Part shown: positions 16,667-26,249 of the stretch, piece after piece
Layout of the letters: each line of letters starts with the position of its first letter
Position numbering within the stretch: position 1 is the first letter of the stretch
Virus record (IMG/VR): IMGVR_UViG_3300032236_001802
Coordinates: 11,753 to 75,752 of that record
Origin: a virus
Direction: 5' to 3' (one strand)
Length of the DNA stretch: 64,000 nucleotides
Translations under genes and position numbers: made by a program
The notes under the pieces: model-generated
The model's input: only the letters and a program-made list of their open reading frames with translations
Told to the model about the DNA's origin: nothing
Databases searched by the model: none

Positions 16667-16961
16667 TTATTGAGCCGTTTTCTTCTTGGCGCGAAGTGGG
16701 GCGTCATACCTTAGATGGCATGGAGCACACAGCGCTTTAAGATTGCCAGGAGCACAGTTTGAAGGGTCTGGTATCATGTGCGCCGTTGTTAGTGTCCACT
16801 TTTGTGGATGCTCAAATATGGCGATCAACAAAATCATCTAAGGACTCTTTCTTTTTACGGCACTGTTTGCCGCAGAATTCACACTGCCAGCCTGCGGCGG
16901 TACGAACGGCAAGGGAAATTTCATCCCAGTTTTTTGGATAAAGCTCTATATGCATGGGCAT
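16667..16961 (-). pseudogene. frameshifted HNH endonuclease
   Basis: Frame 1: MPMHIELYPKNWDEISLAVRTAAGWQCEFCGKQC...DRHI*. Frame 2: AIFEHPQKWTLTTAH...NLKALCAPCHLRYD...*. The frames switch near 16821-16826. Confidence 0.8.
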
Positions 16962-16966
16962 AGCAT

Positions 16967-17425
16967 TCACCATTCATCCAGGTTTCTAAGGGCTTCCCGG
17001 TAGTTAATCCTGACCTGTTGCAAGATAGGATCCGGAATTGTCCAGAGTCGCGGGCTCCCACCGCACGGGACCGGATCAATTGGAACTACGTTTTCAAGCT
17101 TCCAGCCGATTTTCCCGACATACCATGGGTTTGAAGAGTTTGGCGGCTCTTCACCCGCATACTGCGCGATCGCAATAATGCTCATCTCTGGATCGGTTTC
17201 AGGCGTTGGATTTTCGATCAACTCTGATCGGTTTAGATCGCAAACAAATTCATATCCCTTTTGATCCCACGTCTTCCCGTTGTGGATTGCGATGTAGGTT
17301 CCTATAGGATAGTTAAATCGATAGTTTCGATTTTCAATGCGTTTATCCAAGTATGCGATCGCGTACCCGAACGGTCTATAAAGTGTTAAACCAAATATTT
17401 TTGCCTTAGTTGCTGTTGCTGTCAT
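16967..17425 (-). CDS. ASCH-domain protein
   Basis: GLTLYRPFGYAI...KRIENR...IAIHNGK...W-LENV-PIDPVPC-G...LW. Confidence 0.8.
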   Translation of the reverse strand: MTATATKAKIFGLTLYRPFGYAIAYLDKRIENRNYRFNYPIGTYIAIHNGKTWDQKGYEFVCDLNRSELIENPTPETDPEMSIIAIAQYAGEEPPNSSNPWYVGKIGWKLENVVPIDPVPCGGSPRLWTIPDPILQQVRINYREALRNLDEW

Positions 17426-17709
17426 TAGTTTGGTTCCAAAGTTGGCTTCCAAGTAGTTCTGCTGTCTACGTTTAATCCGCTTCTCTTACACTTAGCAACT
17501 CCGTTTCCCCAGCACTGACTTTTGCAAGCTTCAAAGTAAGCCATCTGTCTAGAGAATCCCAGCGTTCTATAAGCGTCAAAAACCCTTATTAGGTTTTCTT
17601 TTCTGCCCATATAGTTAGGCTGTTCAGCCAGCAACTTCATCCTCTGAAGCCAGCATAGGTTGTCCAGCGGCAGATACCGCTGATAGCCGTCAATAGTTTT
17701 TATGTACAT
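17425..17709 (-). CDS. hypothetical protein
   Basis: Operon packing. Confidence 0.55.
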   Translation of the reverse strand: MYIKTIDGYQRYLPLDNLCWLQRMKLLAEQPNYMGRKENLIRVFDAYRTLGFSRQMAYFEACKSQCWGNGVAKCKRSGLNVDSRTTWKPTLEPN

Positions 17710-18048
17710 TCAAGAAAGCCCCCACGGGTCAAGATCGACATTGACCTTTTCTGGGGTCAACTCAATCAGGGTAAAACTGTCGTTAAAGTGCTCTGGAGTT
17801 CTGAACCATAAGCGACCACTACAGAGATAGACAACCACAGGCTTACAACGCTCATCTCTGCGGCAGAAACACAGTACCCCTTCTGTAGAGCGCTTGAGCA
17901 GAATTGAAGCATCGCTTTCAGTTGAAACCGCGATCGCGACTAAGGGCATGTAGAGCAGTTCGGTTTCGTCGCGGGGTTCCGCCACTCCCAAGATCATCGC
18001 CGTCTTGCCGTCACGATGTCGGTAAACTTGATTAGATTCGATGCTCAT
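17710..18048 (-). CDS. DUF1653-like hypothetical protein
   Basis: YRHRDGK ... VVVY...LWFRTPEHFNDSF. Confidence 0.5.
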   Translation of the reverse strand: MSIESNQVYRHRDGKTAMILGVAEPRDETELLYMPLVAIAVSTESDASILLKRSTEGVLCFCRRDERCKPVVVYLCSGRLWFRTPEHFNDSFTLIELTPEKVNVDLDPWGLS

Positions 18049-19025
18049 GCTCTAACCTTAAGTCCTGGTAACGGTAAAGGTAACTGCCGAACTGACTCAA
18101 TGCACAAATTAACAGCGGGCTGGTTTAACTCAATCCCGATCGCATTCCGCCCATACTCCTGGGCTACAGAAAGGACCGTACCACTGCCCGCAAAAGGGTC
18201 CAGCACGATGCCATCCAGAGGGCAAGAGGACAAGATGCAAAGTAGAGCCAGCATCCGGGGAAATGGGGCAATATGCCCCTGAACGTGCGCTGTTGGAATA
18301 GACCATACATTTCGGGCATGATTTGCCCCTTTTGCCCCATCTGCCGCTATCGATTCCAAGATGGACTTATCAAAATAATATTTTTGGGATTTGGTCAGCA
18401 TAAAAACTGGCTCCCACGCTGTTGACGGCCTGTCGTCAACAGCTTCAGGTGAGGGGTTAGGTTTAGCCCACACCACCTCAGACCGAACACACCAGCCGGA
18501 GTCAGCCAGGGCGATCGCCATGCGTTGGGGGACCAAGTTTAGGCCCTTCCCCCGAAACTGGGTTGATCCACACGTGCCATCCCCGATATTTAGCCACATT
18601 ACGCCCTGCGGCTTGAGTACCCGGTACAATTCCTCAAAAAGTAGCATTAGATGCGCCTGATACAGCGCGGGCGTTGGCTCCTGCCCTAATTCCCCCAGCC
18701 ATGCCCCGCAAACCGAACAGGTCGATGATTTTTTGTGCCGGGTTTTTCGAACGCGATCGGCATTCTCTGGGCCTGCGGCGTGATAGCGATGAGAACCCAG
18801 CCCAGCGCCCCCGGCAACGTAGGTCGTGCTTTCAATCCATTGATGATCGCATTTAACATCTCGCCCCTGACACCAGACCTGTGGAGCGCTTTTATAGTTC
18901 CTCTGATTCCAATAGGGTGGACTGGTGACGATGGCATCAATAGAGCGCGACGGAAGCGATCGCACAATATCAAGGCAGTGGCCTTGATAAATCTGTACTT
19001 TCTCCGTGCTGTAGGTTGGTTTCAT
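18045..19025 (-). CDS. DNA amino-methyltransferase, beta class (probably N4-cytosine)
   Basis: Motif IV TSPPY precedes motif I VLDPFAGSGT; GIELN. Confidence 0.92.
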   Translation of the reverse strand: MKPTYSTEKVQIYQGHCLDIVRSLPSRSIDAIVTSPPYWNQRNYKSAPQVWCQGRDVKCDHQWIESTTYVAGGAGLGSHRYHAAGPENADRVRKTRHKKSSTCSVCGAWLGELGQEPTPALYQAHLMLLFEELYRVLKPQGVMWLNIGDGTCGSTQFRGKGLNLVPQRMAIALADSGWCVRSEVVWAKPNPSPEAVDDRPSTAWEPVFMLTKSQKYYFDKSILESIAADGAKGANHARNVWSIPTAHVQGHIAPFPRMLALLCILSSCPLDGIVLDPFAGSGTVLSVAQEYGRNAIGIELNQPAVNLCIESVRQLPLPLPGLKVRA

Positions 19026-19483
19026 GGATTGCGGCTTTTGATAAACCTTTGATGAACTTCTGGCTTGTGACGCCATTTCCAGTAATGCTCAATCATTACT
19101 GGATCATAAAAAACAGCTCGACAACCTTTTAATTTGTACCAGTGAATGCCCTCCAGGAATTCCCCGTTATACCTGCGGGCTTTTATCTTATGCACCGTGA
19201 GATCCGAGATCTCGGCGCACAATTGAGTCGCAGTAACAAGCCTTGGCGGTTCTGCTGTGTTAGGTTCTGTTTTGTTCGTAGCTAAGTTACTGACAGCGCG
19301 GATATAGGTTTTGCCGTCGCACATGTGACACACTTTGTCCTCGTGTCCCACGATTGAGTCGGTAAATTGCGGCTTGGCAAACGGCCCTAAAGCTTCTGTA
19401 GCTATAGAGTCAAAAACTTTCCCATGAACAGGTTCAGCCGTTCTTCCACTCCCCTGACACATGGGACATTGAACTATTAGCAT
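19022..19483 (-). CDS. zinc-finger plus excisionase-like DNA-binding protein
   Basis: CPMCQGSG...CHMCDG; C-terminal NGEFLEGIHWYK domain is paralogous to 21170..21550. Confidence 0.6.
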   Translation of the reverse strand: MLIVQCPMCQGSGRTAEPVHGKVFDSIATEALGPFAKPQFTDSIVGHEDKVCHMCDGKTYIRAVSNLATNKTEPNTAEPPRLVTATQLCAEISDLTVHKIKARRYNGEFLEGIHWYKLKGCRAVFYDPVMIEHYWKWRHKPEVHQRFIKSRNP

Positions 19484-19488
19484 ATTTT

Positions 19489-19779
19489 TTATACCGGCTT
19501 GGCGTGTATATAGGTTCTGCCATAGCAGAGTTGACATTTTTTGTCCTCATATCCGGCAATTGAATCAGTAAATTGCGGTTGAGCAAACTGTCCTAAAGCC
19601 CCGGTAGCTATGGGGTCAAAGACTTTTTCATAGACTGCTTCGGCTGTTACTCCACGCCCCCGGCACATCGGGCATTCAACCTTTATTAACTCTGGCTCTG
19701 GTCCTGTCTGTGGTTTTGGCTGCGGATCTATTGGTAAGTAGAAACCATAGGGGCTGTGTGATCCTGGGAATAATGACAT
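19489..19779 (-). CDS. zinc-finger protein, paralogue of the next gene's N-terminus
   Basis: CPMCRGRG...CQLCYG. Confidence 0.6.
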   Translation of the reverse strand: MSLFPGSHSPYGFYLPIDPQPKPQTGPEPELIKVECPMCRGRGVTAEAVYEKVFDPIATGALGQFAQPQFTDSIAGYEDKKCQLCYGRTYIHAKPV

Positions 19780-19856
19780 ATTTATTGCCTGCAACGTTGT
19801 TAAAAAGGTTTTCTGAAGTTGTCAGAACATCCAACAACTTCAGAAAAAGGCAAACC

Positions 19857-20585
19857 TTAGCTAATAATCGGAAAGCGCCCCATGGTGGCATGGGTTAAGT
19901 GATCAACGATGTTTTGAATCGCCTCAATCTTCCACGCTGCCCCATCAGCTTCAAACAGGGCACAGGTTGGGGGTTCTCCTGTTTTTGCGGCTTGCTGCAT
20001 TCGGAAGACAAAAAGGCCCGATGGCTGTTGAATCTCAGAAAAAGTCCGAAACGGTCGGAGGGTTACACGATTTGGGACCGGGCGATCTTCAACCACGCCC
20101 AGGCCGGTTCTGGCTGTAACCGTCTGGGTACAGCCATCGTCCGAAAACCGCGAGATTTTTTCCTCCTTCAAATTGCCGATGATGGCAACCAGATTGTCTA
20201 AGTCCTCCGTTGGCTCAAAGCAGCTTTTAAGCGCAATGATCATTTTTTCAACGGGGATATATACCTCAAACTTAAAGGGAGTTATATAGTGCTTTGCCGT
20301 TGCTGTTAGGATGCAGTGGCGATCCTCATACTCCACGGCCATTTGGCCGTAAAGATGAACGGTCGCGTGATCTTCAACATGGATGAATGAGGGATACACA
20401 TGCTCTTCATCGATCGCCTCCAGATATTTAGCAATTCCCGAAAGGGTGTTAAGCCTTAGAGTGGGAGGCGTTCGTCTTGTGGGCGGAATGAAGATTTCTC
20501 GATTGGTATACTCAATGCCGTTAATTGTGACGGTCTCAACTTGTGTAGCTTCTTGGGCTACTCTGATAACTTCTGTAAAATTCAT
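19857..20585 (-). CDS. conserved phage protein
   Basis: VPNRVTLRPFRTFSEIQQP...FVFRM...CALFEADGAAWK, a widespread prophage family usually paired with the upstream gene. Confidence 0.75.
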   Translation of the reverse strand: MNFTEVIRVAQEATQVETVTINGIEYTNREIFIPPTRRTPPTLRLNTLSGIAKYLEAIDEEHVYPSFIHVEDHATVHLYGQMAVEYEDRHCILTATAKHYITPFKFEVYIPVEKMIIALKSCFEPTEDLDNLVAIIGNLKEEKISRFSDDGCTQTVTARTGLGVVEDRPVPNRVTLRPFRTFSEIQQPSGLFVFRMQQAAKTGEPPTCALFEADGAAWKIEAIQNIVDHLTHATMGRFPIIS

Positions 20586-20639
20586 GGAGTTTAGTTTGAC
20601 TAGGTTTGACTTAAAAAACAGGATGAGCAAAATCAGGCG

Positions 20640-21002
20640 TTATTCGTTGTAATTTGAGTCGCGATCGCGGCCAACTTCTGTAGCCCCAACCAAGGGACCA
20701 GCACCCTCAACGAACATTAGCGATCGCGTTGCCTTTTGTGGTGCCAAAGTTTCTTTAACCTGAGAGGCTACAGATACTTCTCCATCTCCATGGGGCTTAA
20801 AAGCGATGGTAATGGTGATCCGCCGAACGGTTTCAGGATTGCAATTTGGATCCAAGATGTTTTGTAGAACCCTGTGCATTGAAACTTCAAACTGCTCGGA
20901 AACAACGCCACCGCCAATACTTGAAATTGTTGGAATCTTCCTTGTGATTTTTGCGGTAACTTTTGGTGCCGTTGGGCTGTCTACTGTTCGATCTTCATAC
21001 AT
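20640..21002 (-). CDS. conserved phage protein (family often labelled replication terminator protein)
   Basis: GGGVVSEQF...VLQNILDPN...RRITITIAFKP. Confidence 0.65.
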   Translation of the reverse strand: MYEDRTVDSPTAPKVTAKITRKIPTISSIGGGVVSEQFEVSMHRVLQNILDPNCNPETVRRITITIAFKPHGDGEVSVASQVKETLAPQKATRSLMFVEGAGPLVGATEVGRDRDSNYNE

Positions 21003-21099
21003 GGCTAACTAGATAGTGAATAGTAAGTGGATAAGAAAACACACGGCTGACCAGGGTTATACCCTAAGAGTATACACGATAAACCACGATAAGCAACGA

Positions 21100-21249
21100 T
21101 CAAGTCCTACTTAGGAATAGTTTGATCGCGTCTTGAACAACCTGTTGCAGATCTTGCCGAGTCCCGTTGCTAACGTAATCCGTTAGCTGTTGATGTACGC
21201 CCGGATCGATTTCGATGAGTATTGCTACAAGGTTCGCCGCTTGATTCAT
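21100..21249 (-). CDS. small RHH-like protein
   Basis: ILIEIDPGVHQQLTDYV...LQQVVQDAIKLFL. Confidence 0.45.
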   Translation of the reverse strand: MNQAANLVAILIEIDPGVHQQLTDYVSNGTRQDLQQVVQDAIKLFLSRT

Positions 21250-21550
21250 TTCCCGATTTTCTCCTGTGATAGTTGATGGCGTTGTTGATGATTTTGCGCT
21301 CTGCATAAAACCTGTCGAGCGCTTGTTGATGGCGTCTAGGATTGGCGTAGTAATACTGTGCCCAATCCCGGATCAGTTCCTCATCGAAATAGATGAGGTT
21401 CATGAAACGGTGATAATGAACCCCTTCTATAAGCTGTCCGTTGTCGCGGGCGGCTTTGAGTGATTTGGCTGAAAAGGTTGTTGCCGCGATCGCCTCCCGC
21501 ACGGTTAGCAGTGGGCGGGCGACACTGGGGACTGGTGAAGGTTTCTTCAT
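21170..21550 (-). CDS. excisionase-like DNA-binding protein
   Basis: LLTVREA...SAKSLKAARDNGQLIEGVHY...IYFDEELIRDW. Confidence 0.6.
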   Translation of the reverse strand: MKKPSPVPSVARPLLTVREAIAATTFSAKSLKAARDNGQLIEGVHYHRFMNLIYFDEELIRDWAQYYYANPRRHQQALDRFYAERKIINNAINYHRRKSGNESSGEPCSNTHRNRSGRTSTANGLR

Positions 21551-21552
21551 GA

Positions 21553-23115
21553 TTAGGTGTATGGATTGATAGCGGGTGGGCGAATCACGCCCCTTTTTGA
21601 AAACACTCTGATGAAATCATCCAGCCCAGCGCCGAACACATCCAGATAGTAGAAATGGACAGGAAAGGTCGCGGGTGAATCATTTCCGACGAAGGTAATC
21701 CGTCCGACAAACTCGCAGCGATAAAACGCTGACAGCTTTTGGGACCAAACAGTGGATGTGTCACCCCTCGTTAGGGCAATGTGACGGTGATCAATTCCTA
21801 CCGCTTTCATGAGTCGGTGTTCCTCCAAGATCTTTTCGATCCAGGGCAAATTCACTGAAAGCATTTTGGGATCACCGTGGCGATCGTAGATAGGTGTGCC
21901 GTCGCGAAATTCAGGAATTGAAAAGGGATGATTCGTGTAGGTAAACCAACTTTTTGTTTCCAGCGGGTTAACCTTTTCCCCTAGGGACTCTGGATCCCAT
22001 CTGCGATTCAACCCGTTATCTTCAGCGGTAAAGTGGTGCCGCGCCCGAACGTTAGCGGCATGCCCCTTGGCGTTGCTGCATGGGTCCAAGTCGATCGTAC
22101 CGAAAACATCGTAAACCAGTTGCATTACATCCTCTGGGCTGTAATGCTCACAGGTTTTGCTTGATGTGAAAACCTTTCTGGCGTGATCTACCCGGCCATC
22201 TTCTGGTTGTGGATCCAAATACTCGTTAACGTTCAGCTTAAACGTACCGGGCAACGGCTCAACTAAGCCAGGAACCTGATCATCACCGTCCTCATCGCCA
22301 TCGGTTTGGAGATCTTGCACCCTACCAGATCTCCAACGCTCCCAGCGGGTTTCCCCCTCGCCGCCCGGTTGATCGTCCTGTCCTCTCTCTATCACAAGGG
22401 GAGCCGCAGCCACAGGGGCGGGGGTGGGTGTTTCTGCCCCGTTCAAGTCGTTACTGTTGAGAACAAAACGCTCGACGGGTTGAGGTTGCGATCGCTGCAT
22501 GGTGTAGGTCGATTCCCCACGGGTCACCGTGATTTCCGTTCCCGGTGGGTCAACTTTGCCCTGTTCTGCCAGGGCAAACCAGTGGGCGCGGAACGTCTTG
22601 GGGTCCATCTGGGTGTGTTCTGCCAGTTGGCGGTAAGACAGACCCGCAGCATGAGGACTGGTTAAAGCCGCTTCCACGATGCATGGGATGTCGGCACGCG
22701 ATCGCCGCAGCCCATGCCGGGTATTGCATTTTAGAGCTGCCCATTTTGCATCAGTGGCATCCCCGTGCTCTACATAGGTTAAAACGCCAACCGCTTCAAA
22801 CGTTGCAGCGCGATCGCGTTGATCCTGGGTAGCTTCAGGCGTGTTAGCAAACTCGCAGAACCGCAGGAGAGATTCGAGTCGATGATTGCCGTCAAACAGG
22901 TAGTAATCCTCGCCATCCAGCATGGCTGAAAGGGGTGGGAATACGTCGCCCCGTTTGTAAGCCGTTAGGTATTCCTCTACGGTTGGCTCATCCAGACTCT
23001 TTCGTGCCTGAATTTGGTGCTTAATCAGTTGCGACAACGCAACCTCAACAACAACACCCTGTGAATCTTGTATCTGGAGATTTCCCCGGATAGCTTCTGC
23101 AACTGGCATGTTCAT
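21553..23115 (-). CDS. ParB/Srx N-terminal domain fused to a phage N6-adenine DNA methyltransferase-like domain
   Basis: FPPL...LFDGNHRL; EHYSP...IDLDPCS...FTAEDNGL...W...YTNHPF. Confidence 0.8.
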   Translation of the reverse strand: MNMPVAEAIRGNLQIQDSQGVVVEVALSQLIKHQIQARKSLDEPTVEEYLTAYKRGDVFPPLSAMLDGEDYYLFDGNHRLESLLRFCEFANTPEATQDQRDRAATFEAVGVLTYVEHGDATDAKWAALKCNTRHGLRRSRADIPCIVEAALTSPHAAGLSYRQLAEHTQMDPKTFRAHWFALAEQGKVDPPGTEITVTRGESTYTMQRSQPQPVERFVLNSNDLNGAETPTPAPVAAAPLVIERGQDDQPGGEGETRWERWRSGRVQDLQTDGDEDGDDQVPGLVEPLPGTFKLNVNEYLDPQPEDGRVDHARKVFTSSKTCEHYSPEDVMQLVYDVFGTIDLDPCSNAKGHAANVRARHHFTAEDNGLNRRWDPESLGEKVNPLETKSWFTYTNHPFSIPEFRDGTPIYDRHGDPKMLSVNLPWIEKILEEHRLMKAVGIDHRHIALTRGDTSTVWSQKLSAFYRCEFVGRITFVGNDSPATFPVHFYYLDVFGAGLDDFIRVFSKRGVIRPPAINPYT

Positions 23116-23117
23116 TT

Positions 23118-24500
23118 CTATCTCCTGGCAAGGTTGCGAAATTGGGTAAATTGAGATTCAAATAACAATTTAACGGTACCCACAGGACCATTCCTGTGCT
23201 TTGTGATGATCAATTCTGCAATACCCCGATCTGGGGTATCGGGGTGATAATATTCATCCCGATAAAGCATCATGATCAAGTCTGCATCCTGCTCAATCGA
23301 GCCGGATTCCCGTAGATCGGACATCATGGGACGCTTATTGGTCCGCGTCTCGACAGCTCGGCTGAGTTGGGAAAGCGCGACGATGGGAACCTTTAACGCC
23401 CGCGCCAAGGATTTGAGCGATCGCGTGATTTTCGATAGCTCTTGCACGCGATTTTCTCCGCCCTTGGCCTCCCCTTGGATTAGCTGGAGGTAATCAATCA
23501 CGATTAAATCCAGGTGACCAAACTCAGAGATATGGCGTCGGGCCACGCTTGCAATGTGATTGCACGTAGGGTTCGGGTAATCATCCACCCAAAACGGTAG
23601 GGTTGAAACCTGGGAGAGAGTATGCCCCAGCGGCTCCCACTCCTGCGCGGCGATCTGCCCTTCGCGTAACCTGCCGCTGTCAACCCGCGCTCTGCTGGCG
23701 ATCATGCGAGTGAGGATCTGTTCACGATCCATTTCCAGGGAAAACAGGAGCACATTGCGTCCGCCGATCGCAACGCTTTCGGCCACATTGGTGGCAAAGG
23801 CTGATTTGCCCATGGCGGGCCGCGCTGCCACGATGATCAGATCAGAGCGCTGGAAGCCCTTGGTCATCGCATCCAGATCATAGAACCCGGTTGCAATCCC
23901 CGGCTGTATGCGCCCCTCTTGCACCTCTTCAATCCGGTTGAATACGGCGATCGCAATATCGCCAGCTTTAGCCAGGGTGTTTTTGGCCTGGGTGGCCTGC
24001 GTCACCCCGAAAATCGTCTGCTCTGCCAAGTTGCAAAGCTCCGGCAATTCTTCCTGACTATAGCCAGTAGCTACAATCTGGTGCCCAGCTTGGATAATCT
24101 GGCGGCGGTGCCACTTGTCCACGATCATCTCAGCGTAGAGATCGACGTTCACAGCGCTAACCGTGTTCGCGACCAGATTCATGATCACCGACTGCCCGCC
24201 GATTTTTTCCAGCAGTGCCGACTCTCTGAGCTGAGTTAGCACTGCAACTGGATCGACCATTTTATGGGCTGAATGCACAGCCAGAACGGCCTGGAAGATC
24301 AGGCGATTTGAGGACAGGTAAAAAGCGTCTGGGGGTAACTTATCCAGCACTCTCGAAATAGCCTCTGGATCGATTAGCAATCCGCCCAGGATCGCAATCT
24401 CGGCCTCTACGCTGTGTGGTGGTGTTTTTTCTGAAAATGCCAAACCAAAAGGGATAACTTGCCCTGTTTGCCCTGTAGGTTGAACCTTAACTTCCTGCAT
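23118..24500 (-). CDS. dnaB: replicative DNA helicase
   Basis: PPHSVEAE, AARPAMGKS, IDYLQL, LSQLSR, DLRESGSIEQDAD, KHRNGP. Confidence 0.98.
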   Translation of the reverse strand: MQEVKVQPTGQTGQVIPFGLAFSEKTPPHSVEAEIAILGGLLIDPEAISRVLDKLPPDAFYLSSNRLIFQAVLAVHSAHKMVDPVAVLTQLRESALLEKIGGQSVIMNLVANTVSAVNVDLYAEMIVDKWHRRQIIQAGHQIVATGYSQEELPELCNLAEQTIFGVTQATQAKNTLAKAGDIAIAVFNRIEEVQEGRIQPGIATGFYDLDAMTKGFQRSDLIIVAARPAMGKSAFATNVAESVAIGGRNVLLFSLEMDREQILTRMIASRARVDSGRLREGQIAAQEWEPLGHTLSQVSTLPFWVDDYPNPTCNHIASVARRHISEFGHLDLIVIDYLQLIQGEAKGGENRVQELSKITRSLKSLARALKVPIVALSQLSRAVETRTNKRPMMSDLRESGSIEQDADLIMMLYRDEYYHPDTPDRGIAELIITKHRNGPVGTVKLLFESQFTQFRNLARR

Positions 24501-25662
24501 GTTTCGCCCCTCCCATCAAAAGCTGGCGGGCCACATTACGAGCGGCTGCGATCGCTTCTGAATCAGGGGGGGAATGCTTGGGCGGCGGTTCACTGGGTTC
24601 GGCAAACTGCGGGGAAACCGCATCAGCCTTTCGTTTTTCGATCTGACTTGCATGACTCCAGTAGTCAAGCAAGTCCTGTCGGGCTTTCAGCGCTTCGGTT
24701 CCATAATGATTGCGGGCGGCGCTTTCCAGTCTGCGGAGATGCTTGGAAATAGCGACCTTATTGATTGAGCCGTTCGGGAGAGTGAATCCCGGCAATCCGT
24801 TCATGATTTCATGCACGGCTTCAATCATTCCATCTGAAAAGCTCATCAACCCAGCCCGCCAAGGGGCCTTCTCCAGATCCCAAAAAGAGCTTTTAATATT
24901 TTCCTGACTGGGAATTATTTGCGGATTCTGAGCGGGGTTTATTGGAGCCTCTAAGGCGGTTGCTATCTGTTGGGGGTTAGATATATCCATTGGGGCACTG
25001 TCCGTTGGTTTTTGAGGGTGTTTTGTTGGGCTTACAGCATCGCCCGCTGTGGGGTTGCTATCTGGATCTACGCGATCGCGGTTCGGATCATCCCGCGATC
25101 GCGTAGCGACAAGGGGGGGATCTGGGGCCGCTGGATCCGCGCCTGGTACTGCCTCCGCTACTGATCCCTCTACTGTAGATACTGTATATATAGAGGGCTT
25201 GGTAAATTTACCAAGGTAGGTCGGTAAATTTACCAAGGTAGGGTCGGTAAATTTACCAAGGGGGTCGGCATTTTTACCAAGGGGGGGGTCGGTAAATTTA
25301 CCAAGGTCATCCAAGAGATTTTTCCGGCTAAGGAAATAGACCTTTGCAGCACCGTCCGCTTTACTTCCCTTGGCGGAAATGTAGGTTTTATCCTGCAAGA
25401 TTTTAAGTTTTTGCCGGATCGTTTTTTCCCCGGAAATGCCGACAAGCATTTCTACGATTTCGGCAATGCTGTGTGCTCCCACTGGAATCACAGCCTTTTC
25501 CGCCAGTTTTGGATTTAAGGCGATCGCACCGTTGGCCCAGTACTCGAAAAGCCCTAAAAGTGCGGCGGCGGTGGTATCTCTGTTCATCAATTCCCAGTAG
25601 TCCAGGTGGACCACTGCGATTCGGTCGTTCGCCCGGTGAGTTATGCATGATGTCCTAGCCAT
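24487..25662 (-). CDS. phage replication initiator (O-like)
   Basis: Directly upstream of dnaB; N-terminal wHTH-like region; internal direct repeats. Confidence 0.75.
   Translation of the reverse strand: MARTSCITHRANDRIAVVHLDYWELMNRDTTAAALLGLFEYWANGAIALNPKLAEKAVIPVGAHSIAEIVEMLVGISGEKTIRQKLKILQDKTYISAKGSKADGAAKVYFLSRKNLLDDLGKFTDPPLGKNADPLGKFTDPTLVNLPTYLGKFTKPSIYTVSTVEGSVAEAVPGADPAAPDPPLVATRSRDDPNRDRVDPDSNPTAGDAVSPTKHPQKPTDSAPMDISNPQQIATALEAPINPAQNPQIIPSQENIKSSFWDLEKAPWRAGLMSFSDGMIEAVHEIMNGLPGFTLPNGSINKVAISKHLRRLESAARNHYGTEALKARQDLLDYWSHASQIEKRKADAVSPQFAEPSEPPPKHSPPDSEAIAAARNVARQLLMGGAKHAGS
25199..25307. repeat. iteron array, probable replication origin
   Basis: GGTAAATTTACCAAGG at 25201, 25223, 25246 and 25291, plus a variant GGCATTTTTACCAAGG at 25267. 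Confidence 0.8.
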
Positions 25663-26049
25663 TTACACTGAAGCTCTGTCTATTAGTTCGCTAAGGATAG
25701 TTAGCTGAGTTGCTAACTCATTGATGCGATCGCGGCGATCGCATTTTTGAATCCATTCGATATGCTGATTGCCCCCTGGTTTTCCAATCAATCGCTGTCG
25801 GCGTTTTCCGTCTGCTTCCCAACAAAGCCGGACATAGTTATAAACCTTGTTCCGTTTTTGTTGTTGAATCTCCACTATCCAGTGTGCAGAAGGTGCGATC
25901 GCACCTTCCTCTCGGATCGCATCGATTTGATCTTGCAATTCATTGAAAGCGGCTTGCAGCAGTTGCAGATAGCTCTGCTTGCTCGGCTTACTAACGAGCC
26001 GCAGCGGTTGCACTTCGCGAGTTACCGGAACCGATACAGCAGCGGCCAT
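25663..26049 (-). CDS. hypothetical basic protein
   Basis: YNYVRLCWEADGKRRQRLIGK; operon packing. Confidence 0.65.
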   Translation of the reverse strand: MAAAVSVPVTREVQPLRLVSKPSKQSYLQLLQAAFNELQDQIDAIREEGAIAPSAHWIVEIQQQKRNKVYNYVRLCWEADGKRRQRLIGKPGGNQHIEWIQKCDRRDRINELATQLTILSELIDRASV

Positions 26050-26249
26050 TATCCCACCAGCCTATCTTGTGGTGATTGTCCCTTGAGGACAGTCAGACTA
26101 GTGACAGATCGATCTTCTCCAAGGCGAATTGTTACCGTCATCTCGCAGCCTACATCTAGCGCCTGCTTGTAGCAGGCTCGGAGATGTCTAATCATTGCGT
26201 GTAAAGCTTTGGGTGCCCGAATTTGGCACATCTCATTATTGGGTATCAT
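26049..26249 (-). CDS. small putative DNA-binding protein, first gene of the replication operon
   Basis: CQIRAPKALHAMIRHL; AAGGA RBS; TTGACA on the minus strand at 26342-26347. Confidence 0.5.
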   Translation of the reverse strand: MIPNNEMCQIRAPKALHAMIRHLRACYKQALDVGCEMTVTIRLGEDRSVTSLTVLKGQSPQDRLVG

